Assembly: GCA_965221835.1 (NCBI GenBank) | Contig: OZ244916.1 | Coordinates: forward strand, 528,750 to 592,749 | Length of the DNA stretch: 64,000 bases | From: Gammaproteobacteria bacterium | GTDB taxonomy: Bacteria; Pseudomonadota; Gammaproteobacteria; Tethybacterales; Persebacteraceae | Reading direction: 5' to 3' | Shown: positions 15,285 to 24,558 of the stretch, in pieces | Numbering within the stretch: the stretch's first letter is position 1 | How the letters are laid out: every line of letters begins with the position of its first letter | The notes under the pieces: generated by a model | What the model saw: only the letters and a program-made list of their open reading frames with translations | Told to the model about the DNA's origin: nothing | The model's database searches: none | Position numbers and translations under genes: made by a program

Positions 15285-18068
15285 ATGAATAAATGGCAAA
15301 AAGTTATCGGCAAATCCGCCGCGTTTTTTCTTATCCTTTTCGGGAGCGGAATTGACGATGCGCATGCGTACGGCGCGGCAATACGCCTTGACGACGGAAG
15401 TTTTTCCATCGTGGCAAACTACGAATCCGAACAAATCGCACAAGATTCGGTTATCGCCGCTTGCACAGACACCGCGAATATCGAAAATCCGGAAAACGTA
15501 CAAAGATGCAGACCGTCGGCGATTGTGGACACTTTCAGCGATGAAGTATTTCTTTACGCACCTTTTGCGGACAGTTTCGGCAGAGGGGCGGACACTGAGG
15601 CGGCGGTGTATGACGCCATTGACGATTGCGTTGTAAATAGTTTTTTGTTTTCCTTCCTCCCCGACCCGTATCAGGCGTGTCAAGAGGCGGTTCTCGGGCT
15701 GGAATCGAGAGAGATTACGGTGATTGTTGACGCCGACGAAGGCACTACCCGCGTTCATCGGGTTGAGAATATATTGGCGAATAATAACCCGGCTTTCGCC
15801 CCGATTTTTTGCGGAGACGGCTCTGTTGCGGATGATATTTCCAGCAGCGTAGAAACGCTTGATGTTACGCAAATAGTCGGCGATACGAACAACGATGGCA
15901 CCATTTCCTTGGACCCGGCGGACGGCGAAATCACGACAATTCAGCGACAACTCACCGTTTTGATTCTCGGCACGATTACTGTTGAGGTGGCGGGACCGCT
16001 TTCTTATACCCCGAACTGCGACCGGGTGGATCCTGCTTGTGCCACTGGTACGACTCTCCAAGTTAGCAACAATACTTGCGTAGCAGATTCAACCGCTATG
16101 TGTCCGGACGGGCAACGAAGAGATCCCGTTAATAACGAATGCGTACTGCAGTGCGATGCGCATTTGGTGTTGCAACCGAATCCCGATAATCCCGGCAATT
16201 CGGGTAATGAAAATATGGCATGCTTTCCGCGAACGGCGGATTTGTGCGGGTATTGGGAAACTTTTGAAGCAAATCCGGCGGGGGTTGGCGGATTTTGCGT
16301 GCCGACAACACAGGCGGATTGCGAGGCGGACGGGCTTATATTAAAATACCGGTTTGGCGACAGCAGCAGAGAAGGGCGGGAATGTCTTCCGCCGATTCGC
16401 GAAGAATGCGTATTCGGGACAAGATTCGTGCCGGACGACCCCGCAGTTGCGGAAAATGATGCGGCGGCGGTCGGTCGTTGCGTTCCAATACAAGGCGCAC
16501 AAGATTGCGAAGAATATGAAAGATTCGACAATGGCGGTTGCATCCCCAGAAGTATGGAAAATTGTATGGACGATGAAGTATTTTCTCCGAGGTTAAACGA
16601 TGATGGTACACCGGCTAACAACGGCGGCGTTTGCATTTTTGCGGGCGATTTTTTGCTGACGACATCCGTCACGCCGGATTCCCACGAATACACTTCCGAT
16701 TTTTGCGATGAGGATTGGCAATCAAGATTTATATTAAGCAATGACGGGCAAAATGCGGCGGAAGTTTGCGAAATTCCCTTAGATTTGGGCGATTCATTGC
16801 AAATTACTGTGACAGTAACAGATACAATGGAGACGTTGACATTAAATTTGGGCGGAAACTTCCAATTTAGACCGGATGAGAATGGCAACGCCCGTGTGGA
16901 CGGATGTCTTATCCGGGAATCCGCCCATTTTTCCGGAATAGTACCTTGCAACAACCCGCGATTGTTCGGCGAAATCGGCGGATTTCCGCAAATGCCCCCC
17001 AGTTTTGTGCCGGGAGACAGATTAACGGTTGCGGTATCGCTAATGACAACGAACATAGGCACTACTAACGATGTCATATCCGCCATCCAAATCACTCACA
17101 ACAATCAAGAAATTGGTCGTGTTGAAATGCTGACTTGCGACGAAAATGAAGAGGCAATCAATGGTATGTGCGTATGCGGCAATGGATTTGAGCGTGAGGG
17201 CGGAGATGGCAGAAACGCATGCGTAGAAATCATGTGTGAAGCAAATGAAGTAGTAGACGAGCAAAATATGTGCGTATGCCAAAATGGATTTGATCGTGAA
17301 AATCCGGATGGCACCGGCGCATGCGTGAGAACCGGAACCGGGTGTGGCACAAATGAAGTGCCAAGCGGGAGTGCATGTATATGCCTTCCGGACCATAGCC
17401 GGGATAGCACCGGCGCATGCGTGAGAGACAGCGGCGGCGACACGGGTAATCGTCCGACACTTCCGACACCTCCGACAACAAGCACCGGTCCTGTTGTCGT
17501 TGATTTCCAAAGAGACACGGCGAAAGATTCGCAAGTTATCGCCGGTGCCGTTGTCGGCGGTTTTGCGGTTTTCTACGGAATGTCGTATTTTCTCGGCGGC
17601 GATATTTTATACACCCCCGATTTCGGCTATTCCGTCACCGAAAACGGCTACTCCATAAACGGCGGCGGACGGGCGTCTTTCCGCAAAGACGGATGGCATT
17701 TTTATTATTCCGCAAAACAAACAAATCGGGACGGCGAATTCGGCGATTTACGCTACGCCAGCGGCGGCAAATACACCGGAGATATATTTACGGCGGCGTT
17801 TTCCGAATCCGTCAGCGGCAAAACGGTGAATTATAATGTGTCATTGTCCGCCGATATTTCGGGCGGCGTTTGGAATATATCGCCCGTCTATCGCATGCGT
17901 TCCCGCTTTCACGAAGGCGAAACAACCACCCGCAACTCGCTGAATTTGCAAAGCGAATTCCGCTATAACGGCTGGCGAATCCGCTCCTCCGCCGGATTCC
18001 GGTGGCGACAAACAAACGAATTCGCCGACAGCGGCAAATTCCGCATAGACGCAATTCATCGTTTCTAA
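15285..18068 (+). CDS. secreted Cys-rich repeat protein with C-terminal beta-barrel-like anchor domain (family member 1)
   Basis: Track ORF 15108-18068 overlaps tRNA-Val, so it is trimmed to ATG 15285 (GGGAG 9 nt upstream; ATG 15270 is also possible). Signal peptide MNKWQKVIGKSAAFFLILFGSGIDDAHA. Three CxxNE...C(V/I)C...ACV modules. Hydrophobic VIAGAVVGGFAVFYGMSYFL. The last ~155 aa show an alternating pattern ending FRIDAIHRF. Confidence 0.8.
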   Translation: MNKWQKVIGKSAAFFLILFGSGIDDAHAYGAAIRLDDGSFSIVANYESEQIAQDSVIAACTDTANIENPENVQRCRPSAIVDTFSDEVFLYAPFADSFGRGADTEAAVYDAIDDCVVNSFLFSFLPDPYQACQEAVLGLESREITVIVDADEGTTRVHRVENILANNNPAFAPIFCGDGSVADDISSSVETLDVTQIVGDTNNDGTISLDPADGEITTIQRQLTVLILGTITVEVAGPLSYTPNCDRVDPACATGTTLQVSNNTCVADSTAMCPDGQRRDPVNNECVLQCDAHLVLQPNPDNPGNSGNENMACFPRTADLCGYWETFEANPAGVGGFCVPTTQADCEADGLILKYRFGDSSREGRECLPPIREECVFGTRFVPDDPAVAENDAAAVGRCVPIQGAQDCEEYERFDNGGCIPRSMENCMDDEVFSPRLNDDGTPANNGGVCIFAGDFLLTTSVTPDSHEYTSDFCDEDWQSRFILSNDGQNAAEVCEIPLDLGDSLQITVTVTDTMETLTLNLGGNFQFRPDENGNARVDGCLIRESAHFSGIVPCNNPRLFGEIGGFPQMPPSFVPGDRLTVAVSLMTTNIGTTNDVISAIQITHNNQEIGRVEMLTCDENEEAINGMCVCGNGFEREGGDGRNACVEIMCEANEVVDEQNMCVCQNGFDRENPDGTGACVRTGTGCGTNEVPSGSACICLPDHSRDSTGACVRDSGGDTGNRPTLPTPPTTSTGPVVVDFQRDTAKDSQVIAGAVVGGFAVFYGMSYFLGGDILYTPDFGYSVTENGYSINGGGRASFRKDGWHFYYSAKQTNRDGEFGDLRYASGGKYTGDIFTAAFSESVSGKTVNYNVSLSADISGGVWNISPVYRMRSRFHEGETTTRNSLNLQSEFRYNGWRIRSSAGFRWRQTNEFADSGKFRIDAIHRF

Positions 18069-18229
18069 CACCCACCCCCCGCCCAACAAATAATCGGAAA
18101 GCGGGGGATTTCCCGCATCATCCCGCCCCCGTTTGCGGAGGCGGAAGATGTTTGCTTTTTTCCGATTTTTGTTATAATCGGAAGTATGCATTTATGCGCT
18201 TGCTATTTTTTAATAAAGGAGACAAAACA

Positions 18230-19273
18230 ATGAAAAAATCCCTCGTTATTTCTGTTGCGCTGGCGGCGGCGATGCTTTCCGCCCCCGCACATGCCAAGCC
18301 GGTATTGTTAAAAACGCCGGTCGCATTCGGTTCGCACTTGCCCGCATTGGGAAGTCCGATTAAATTTATTTCGCGCGAGTTGGAACGCGTATCCGGCGGC
18401 GACATCAAAATGCGGTTTTACGAACCGGGCAAACTTGTCGCGCCGTTTGAGATTTTGGATTCGGTTTCTTCCGGCAAAATCAATTCCGGCTACACGACTT
18501 CCGGTTATTGGTACGGCAAAATGAAAGCCGCGGCGCTTTTCGCCGCCGTTCCGTTCGGTCCCGAAGCGCCTGAATATATGGCGTGGATATATTACGGCGG
18601 CGGGCTGGAACTGTGGCAGGAAACGTACGACCGCGCCGGCTACAATGTCAAAGTGTTGCCTTGCACCATCATTTCGCCGGAAACTTCCGGCTGGTTCAAA
18701 GAAAAAATGAATTCGCCCGCGCAGTTTCAAGGATTGAACATTCGCTTTTTCGGATTGGGCGGCGAAGTGATGAAGGAAATGGGCGCAAATCCGTCTTTGT
18801 TGCCGGGCGGCGAAATTTTCGGCGCGCTGGAAAAAGGGCAGATTGATGCAACGGAGTTTTCCATGCCGGCGATTGATGAGCGTTTGGGATTTTATAAAAT
18901 TGTCAAAAACAACTATTTTCCGGGCTGGCATCAGCAGGCGACGATATTTGAATTGATGATCAACAAAGATACATGGAACGAGATGAGCGAACAACAGCGC
19001 GCCATCGTGGAAATCGTATGCAAAGCGTCCATGACCAACTCCCTCGCCGAAGCCGAGTCGGCGCAACCGCCCGCCCTTAAGCGGCAATCCGAAGAAAACG
19101 GCGTTTCGCTGGAATATTGGAGCGACGAAATGCTGGACGCTTTTCATTCGGCGTGGGAGCGGGTGCTTGCCGAACAGATTAAAGATCCGCAATTTAAGCG
19201 GGTGTGGGACAATTTGGACGCTTTCCGCAAAGATTACGATATTTGGGAGAAAAAAGCGTTTCTGCCCCGGTAA
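18230..19273 (+). CDS. TRAP transporter substrate-binding protein (DctP family, COG4663-like)
   Basis: Trimmed to MKKSLVISVALAAAMLSAPAHA (AAGGAG RBS). FYEPGKLVAPFEILDSVSSGKINSGYTTSGYWYGKMKAAALFAAVPFGP is typical of this TRAP SBP class. Confidence 0.85.
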   Translation: MKKSLVISVALAAAMLSAPAHAKPVLLKTPVAFGSHLPALGSPIKFISRELERVSGGDIKMRFYEPGKLVAPFEILDSVSSGKINSGYTTSGYWYGKMKAAALFAAVPFGPEAPEYMAWIYYGGGLELWQETYDRAGYNVKVLPCTIISPETSGWFKEKMNSPAQFQGLNIRFFGLGGEVMKEMGANPSLLPGGEIFGALEKGQIDATEFSMPAIDERLGFYKIVKNNYFPGWHQQATIFELMINKDTWNEMSEQQRAIVEIVCKASMTNSLAEAESAQPPALKRQSEENGVSLEYWSDEMLDAFHSAWERVLAEQIKDPQFKRVWDNLDAFRKDYDIWEKKAFLPR

Positions 19274-19295
19274 TGCGCGGGGCGCAAACGGCGCA

Positions 19296-19886
19296 ATGAA
19301 TTCTCCCGGTGCGCAAACAAACGGCGCGCGGCGTCCGTCTCTTCTTTGCGTTATTGCCGATAAAATGGACGGAATCGTCCGCCGAATCGGATATGTTTTC
19401 GCCGCTTTCAATGTCGTTCTCATCGCGGTTATTCTCGCGCAGGTGGGAATGCGCCATTTGTTCGCCGGCGGTCATCAAATCGTACTCGGCGAGTTGGAAT
19501 GGCATTTGTATGCGACCGCGATGCTATTCGGAATGGCGTATTCGCAATCCGAAAACGCGCATGTGCGAGTGGATGCGCTGGCGCGTAACTGGACGGCGCG
19601 GCGGCGGGCGGCGGTGGAAATTTTCGGCGCGCTGTTTTTTATGGCGCCGTTTATCACAATCGTATTTTTGCACGGGCTGGATTATGTCGCCGATTCGTGG
19701 CGGGTGTCGGAGCGTTCGGATTCGCCGGCGGGACTGCATTATCGCTGGTTGATTAAAAGCGTCATTCCGGCGAGTTTCGCGCTGTGGTTTTTCGCGTTGA
19801 CGGCGCGATTATTGCGCGACATCGCGATTTTGCGCGGAGATGATTTTGCGTCTTCCGCCGCACCGAAAAACGCGGATGAACATTAA
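19296..19886 (+). CDS. TRAP transporter small permease (DctQ-like)
   Basis: Trimmed from 19167. Four hydrophobic segments. Sits between the SBP and large-permease genes. The start is uncertain (ATG 19296, or a later Met). Confidence 0.7.
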   Translation: MNSPGAQTNGARRPSLLCVIADKMDGIVRRIGYVFAAFNVVLIAVILAQVGMRHLFAGGHQIVLGELEWHLYATAMLFGMAYSQSENAHVRVDALARNWTARRRAAVEIFGALFFMAPFITIVFLHGLDYVADSWRVSERSDSPAGLHYRWLIKSVIPASFALWFFALTARLLRDIAILRGDDFASSAAPKNADEH

Positions 19887-21264
19887 CGAAGTTCTTGTTT
19901 TGGGAATGTTCGCCGCGTTTATGGCGGCTTTGTTTACCGGCTATCCCGTCGGGTATGTGCTGGCGGGAATCGGCGTGTGGTTTGCTTTGGTCGGATGGTG
20001 CGCGGATATGTGGTTCGGTGCTGCGACCGGGTTGGATTATCTGACGATGGGATTGGTCGTGAACCGGATTTATAAAGGCGTCGTGGAAAACTGGATTTTG
20101 ATAGCGTTGCCGATGTTTATTTTCATGGGAAGTATGCTGCATCATTCGGGAGTCGCCGAACGGATGATGCACGCTTTTCAATCGCTTTTCGGCGGATTGC
20201 GCGGCGGATTGGCGGTGACCGTGGTGGCAATCGGAATGATATTGGCGGCGTCCACGGGAATTATCGGCGCTTCCGTGGTGTTGCTGACGGTGATGTCGCT
20301 GCCGCTGATGTTGAAGCAGGGATATCCGGCGCCGCTGGCGACCGGCACTATCGCCAGTGCGGGAACGCTGGGAATTTTATTGCCGCCGTCCATTATGTTA
20401 ATTTTGATGGCGGATCAGATGGGGTTGGCGGTCGGCGATTTGTTTGTCGGCGCGATTTATCCGGGGCTTTTGTTGGGCGGATTGTATATCGCGTTTATCA
20501 TCGCAAAAGGTTTTTTGCATCCGGCACAATTGCCGTTGCCGGCGAATGTCCGCCCGCCGGGATGGCGCGCGTTGGCGGAAGTGGCGACGGCGACATTGCC
20601 GGCGCTTGCGCTGATTTTCGCGGTGCTGGGTTCCATTTTTTCGGGCGTCGCGACTCCGACCGAAGCGTCCGGAGTCGGCGCGCTGGGCGCGATTTTATTG
20701 ACGGTGTATTACCGCCGTTTTTCAATGAAAATATTGCGCGAAACGACGATGGAAACATTTCGCACGACAGCGAACATATTCGCAATTTTTATCGGTGCGA
20801 CATGTTTTGCGCTGGTATTGCGCGAACTCGGCGGCGACCGGGTGATAGAAGACGCGTTGTCGGCGTTGCCGTTTGACAAATATGGCGTGGTGATTTTTAT
20901 TTTGTGCATCGTGTTTATTTTGGGATTCTTTTTGGACTGGATAGAAATTACATTAATCATTCTGCCGCTGATGGGACCGGTGGTGGAAGGATTGGGATTC
21001 GGTTTTGACGGGCGCGGGGCGGTGGATTTTCCGGATTTGTTGTGGTTTGTGATGCTGGTGGCGATTACGCTGCAAACTTCGTTTCTTACGCCGCCGGTCG
21101 GATTTGCGTTGTTTTATATGAAAAGCGCCGCGCCGCCGCAAATAAAAATTACGGACATTTACCGCGGCGTCTGGCCGTTCGTGATCATTCAACTAATCGT
21201 CATCGCGCTGGTCGTGGCGTTTGAAGATTTAGTGATTTCATTGCCCGCGCTGGTGTACGGATAG
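19876..21264 (+). CDS. TRAP transporter large permease (DctM-like)
   Basis: Trimmed to MNINEVLVLGMF. About 462 aa and polytopic. Overlaps the small-permease end by 11 nt. Confidence 0.85.
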   Translation: MNINEVLVLGMFAAFMAALFTGYPVGYVLAGIGVWFALVGWCADMWFGAATGLDYLTMGLVVNRIYKGVVENWILIALPMFIFMGSMLHHSGVAERMMHAFQSLFGGLRGGLAVTVVAIGMILAASTGIIGASVVLLTVMSLPLMLKQGYPAPLATGTIASAGTLGILLPPSIMLILMADQMGLAVGDLFVGAIYPGLLLGGLYIAFIIAKGFLHPAQLPLPANVRPPGWRALAEVATATLPALALIFAVLGSIFSGVATPTEASGVGALGAILLTVYYRRFSMKILRETTMETFRTTANIFAIFIGATCFALVLRELGGDRVIEDALSALPFDKYGVVIFILCIVFILGFFLDWIEITLIILPLMGPVVEGLGFGFDGRGAVDFPDLLWFVMLVAITLQTSFLTPPVGFALFYMKSAAPPQIKITDIYRGVWPFVIIQLIVIALVVAFEDLVISLPALVYG

Positions 21265-21292
21265 CGCGCGCCTTAAACAATTCACCGCCGGT

Positions 21293-22612
21293 TCAATAGC
21301 GATAATGTGCTGGTTTGAACGGTCCTTCTTTTTTAATTCCGAGATACGCCGCTTGTTTTTCGGTCATTTCGGTAAGCACGGCGCCGACATGTGCGAGGTG
21401 CAGGCGGGCGACTTTTTCGTCTAAATGTTTCGGCAGAACATAAACATCCGCGGCGTATTTTCCATGATTGGAAAATAATTCAATTTGCGCCAGTACCTGA
21501 TTGCAAAAAGAGTTGCTCATTACAAAACTCGGATGTCCGGTCGCGCAACTTAAATTGACCAGACGCCCTTCGGCGAGAACGATGACGCGTTTGCCGTCCG
21601 GAAAAATAAAATGGTCGACCAGCGGTTTGATTTGTTCTACTTTGCATTCTTCGCGCAATTCGGCAATTTGAATTTCGGAATCGAAATGTCCGATGTTGCA
21701 TAAAATTGCATTTTCTTTCATTTTTCGCGCGTGTTCGCAAGTGATGACATCCACATTGCCGGTGGCGGTGACGAAAATATCTGCGCGCCCGCACATTTCG
21801 TCCATTGTCGCAACGCGATAACCTTCCATCGCCGCCTGCAACGCGCAAATCGGATCTATTTCGGTAATCCACACCGCCGCACCCAACGCCCGCAACGATT
21901 GCGCGCATCCTTTGCCGACATCGCCGTAGCCGCAAACGACAGCGGTTTTGCCGGCGATCATCACATCGGTCGCGCGTTTAATTCCGTCCAGCAACGATTC
22001 GCGACAGCCGTAAAGATTGTCAAACTTGCTTTTGGTTACCGAATCGTTGACATTAAACGCCGGACATAAAAGTTCGCCTTTGTCGCGCATTTCGTATAAC
22101 CGCTGCACGCCGGTGGTGGTTTCTTCGGAAATGCCGTACAATCGTGCGCCGACATCGCGAAGTTTTCCGTGTGCGAGAATTGTCGCATCGCCGCCGTCAT
22201 CCAAAATCATATTGGGCGTCCAATCGTTCGGACCGGCGAAAGTTTGTTCCACGCATTGCCAATATTCTTCTTCGGTTTCGCCGCGCCATGCGAAAACCGG
22301 AATTCCAACTGCCGCCATTGCGGCGGCGGCATGATCCTGAGTGGAAAAAATATTGCAAGACGACCAGCGAACTTCCGCACCCAACGCCCGCAAAGTTTCA
22401 ATCAGCACCGCCGTTTGTATGGTCATGTGCAGACAACCGGCGATGCGTGCGCCCGCCAAAGGTTGCGTTTTTGCGTAGTCGCGCCGCAATTGCATCAATC
22501 CCGGCATTTCGGTTTCGGCAATGACGATTTCGCGGCGCCCCCATTCGGCGAGGGACATATCGGCGACGGCGAAGTCGTTTTGCGAATCAATTTTTACAGC
22601 GGCAACGGTCAT
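21293..22612 (-). CDS. ahcY: adenosylhomocysteinase
   Basis: 439 aa: [48 protein letters not shown] and a C-terminal PFKPAHYRY. Confidence 0.95.
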   Translation of the reverse strand: MTVAAVKIDSQNDFAVADMSLAEWGRREIVIAETEMPGLMQLRRDYAKTQPLAGARIAGCLHMTIQTAVLIETLRALGAEVRWSSCNIFSTQDHAAAAMAAVGIPVFAWRGETEEEYWQCVEQTFAGPNDWTPNMILDDGGDATILAHGKLRDVGARLYGISEETTTGVQRLYEMRDKGELLCPAFNVNDSVTKSKFDNLYGCRESLLDGIKRATDVMIAGKTAVVCGYGDVGKGCAQSLRALGAAVWITEIDPICALQAAMEGYRVATMDEMCGRADIFVTATGNVDVITCEHARKMKENAILCNIGHFDSEIQIAELREECKVEQIKPLVDHFIFPDGKRVIVLAEGRLVNLSCATGHPSFVMSNSFCNQVLAQIELFSNHGKYAADVYVLPKHLDEKVARLHLAHVGAVLTEMTEKQAAYLGIKKEGPFKPAHYRY

Positions 22613-22705
22613 TTTTTTCTCCTTTTCGTTTTGTTAAATTTGCGGCAAAATCCGCGCACCGCATTATACCACCGCCGCCGCAAAAACCATATTTTCGCCG
22701 GCAAA

Positions 22706-24349
22706 CTATGCGGCGGGGCGGGCGGCGAGAACGCCGTCCAGCCAGCCGGGATTCATGTCGGGGACGGACGACAATAATAATTCGGTGTATTCGTGATGCG
22801 GCGGTGTAAAAATTTTATCGCGTTCGCCCGATTCCGCAACTTTTCCGTTGTGCATTACCGTCACTTCATCCGCAATCGCGCGCACCAACGAAATGTCGTG
22901 CGTGATAAAAAAATAACACAGCGAAAACTCGTCTTGCAATTTTTGCAATAAACGCAAAATTCCTTCTGCGACAAGTTGATCCAACGCCGAAGTAATTTCA
23001 TCGCAAATAATTAAACGCGGATTTGCCGCCAATGCGCGGGCGATGCAAACGCGTTGTTTTTGTCCGCCCGATAACTCATCAGGTGCGCGTTCCAAAAATT
23101 GTTCGGGCGGCAACTCTATCTGTTCCAAAAGTTCGCAAACGCGAGTATGCAATTTTTTGCCGGAAAGCCCGAGATAAAATTGCAGCGGTCGTCCGACAAT
23201 ATCGCGTACGCGATGACGCGGATTTAACGCAGTATCGGGCGTTTGATAAATCATCTGAATATTTTGCAATAAAGTTTTGTCGCGCGCCGTATAATGCGGC
23301 GGCAACAATTCGCCGTCCATTAAAATGCGTCCGGCGGAAGGCGGTAAAAGTCCGGCGATGCATCGCGCCAATGTGGATTTTCCCGAACCGGATTCGCCCA
23401 CGACAGCAGTCGTCCGCCCGCGATATAGCGACAACGAAACATCCGACAACGCGCGCGCATCGCCGTAATGCGCCGATATATTTTCCGCCCGCAAAAGCGG
23501 TTCTTCGGGCGGCGGCGGTTTCGCGATTTTTTGCATTTGTCGCACCGCCCACAACGATTTTGTATAATCGGCTTTCGGTGCGGAAAGTATTTCGCGGGTA
23601 TCGGCTTCTTCTACTTTTTTTCCGTCTTTTAGTACGAGAATGCGATTTGCCATTTGTGCGACAACTGCCAAATCGTGCGTGATATACAACGCCGCGGTTT
23701 TATATTCGCGCACAATATCGCGAATCGCGGCGAGTACTTCTATTTGCGTAGTGACATCCAACGCGGTAGTCGGTTCGTCAAAAACTATCATATCGGGGCG
23801 GCAAAGCATCGCCATCGCAGTCATCGCGCGTTGCAATTGTCCGCCGGAAACTTGATGCGGATAGCGAAATCCGATTTCGTCCGGCGAAGGCAGATGCAGT
23901 TTGCGATATAATGCGATTGCATCTGCATCCGCTTCGGCGCGCGATTTAATGCCGAATAATACCGCGCTTTCGCGGCATTGTTTTATGAGGCGGTGCGCGG
24001 GATTGAATGCTGCCGCCGCCGATTGTGCGATATAGGCGATTCGCGCACCGCGAAGTTTGCGGCGTTGTTCTTCGCTGCAACGAACGAGATTCGCGCCGTC
24101 AAATAAAACTTCGCCGCCGGTAATGCGACAACCATCGCGCGTATAACCCATTCCCGCCAATCCCAGCGTGGATTTTCCCGCCCCCGATTCGCCGATAAGT
24201 CCCAACACTTCACCGCGCCGCAAAGACAAACTAACGCCGCGAATAATAGGCGTCGTTTCATCACCGCCATCAATATGCAAATCATTAATTTGCAACAACG
24301 GCGCCCCCAAATCAACATTTTTCATTTTGTCATCATCACTAATTTTCAT
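22706..24349 (-). CDS. ABC transporter ATP-binding protein, duplicated ATPase (peptide/nickel type, YejF/DppDF-fusion-like)
   Basis: 547 aa with two Walker A motifs (GESGAGKST, GESGSGKST), two LSGGQ signatures (VSGGQLQR, LSGGQKQR) and two Walker B motifs (IVFDEPTTALD, IICDEITSALD). Confidence 0.9.
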   Translation of the reverse strand: MKISDDDKMKNVDLGAPLLQINDLHIDGGDETTPIIRGVSLSLRRGEVLGLIGESGAGKSTLGLAGMGYTRDGCRITGGEVLFDGANLVRCSEEQRRKLRGARIAYIAQSAAAAFNPAHRLIKQCRESAVLFGIKSRAEADADAIALYRKLHLPSPDEIGFRYPHQVSGGQLQRAMTAMAMLCRPDMIVFDEPTTALDVTTQIEVLAAIRDIVREYKTAALYITHDLAVVAQMANRILVLKDGKKVEEADTREILSAPKADYTKSLWAVRQMQKIAKPPPPEEPLLRAENISAHYGDARALSDVSLSLYRGRTTAVVGESGSGKSTLARCIAGLLPPSAGRILMDGELLPPHYTARDKTLLQNIQMIYQTPDTALNPRHRVRDIVGRPLQFYLGLSGKKLHTRVCELLEQIELPPEQFLERAPDELSGGQKQRVCIARALAANPRLIICDEITSALDQLVAEGILRLLQKLQDEFSLCYFFITHDISLVRAIADEVTVMHNGKVAESGERDKIFTPPHHEYTELLLSSVPDMNPGWLDGVLAARPAA

Positions 24350-24474
24350 ACTATATGCCTAACTATAACAAATCCGGGCGGCAAAAACATTTTCGCCCGA
24401 AATGTCGCGAAAAACTAATTCGCAAAAATGGTTGACAGATACTTTTTATTTTATAATGCCGCCTGATATAGATT

Positions 24475-24551
24475 TGCAAGACAGCCCCGATTGCCGGGCG
24501 CTGTCTGAATACAATACCTCCGGGGAAACGGGCAGCGGAATCTTTCTTGCA
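24475..24551 (+). ncRNA. candidate structured RNA motif, copy 1 (class unknown)
   Basis: Closing stem TGCAAGA/TCTTGCA encloses CCCCGATTGCCGGG..CGCTG-TCTGA..ACCT.CGGGGAA..GGG-CAGCG.ATCTT. Homologous to 27055-27134 with compensatory stem changes. Begins 17 nt after a TATAAT (24452-24457). The strand assignment is tentative. Confidence 0.4.
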
Positions 24552-24558
24552 GATGTTA

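Noticed and set aside
22613-22705. SAH riboswitch upstream of ahcY
   Set aside because: The 93-nt spacer holds only a GGTATAAT promoter-like box, one short hairpin and the RBS. None of the SAH-riboswitch conserved blocks I recall are present.
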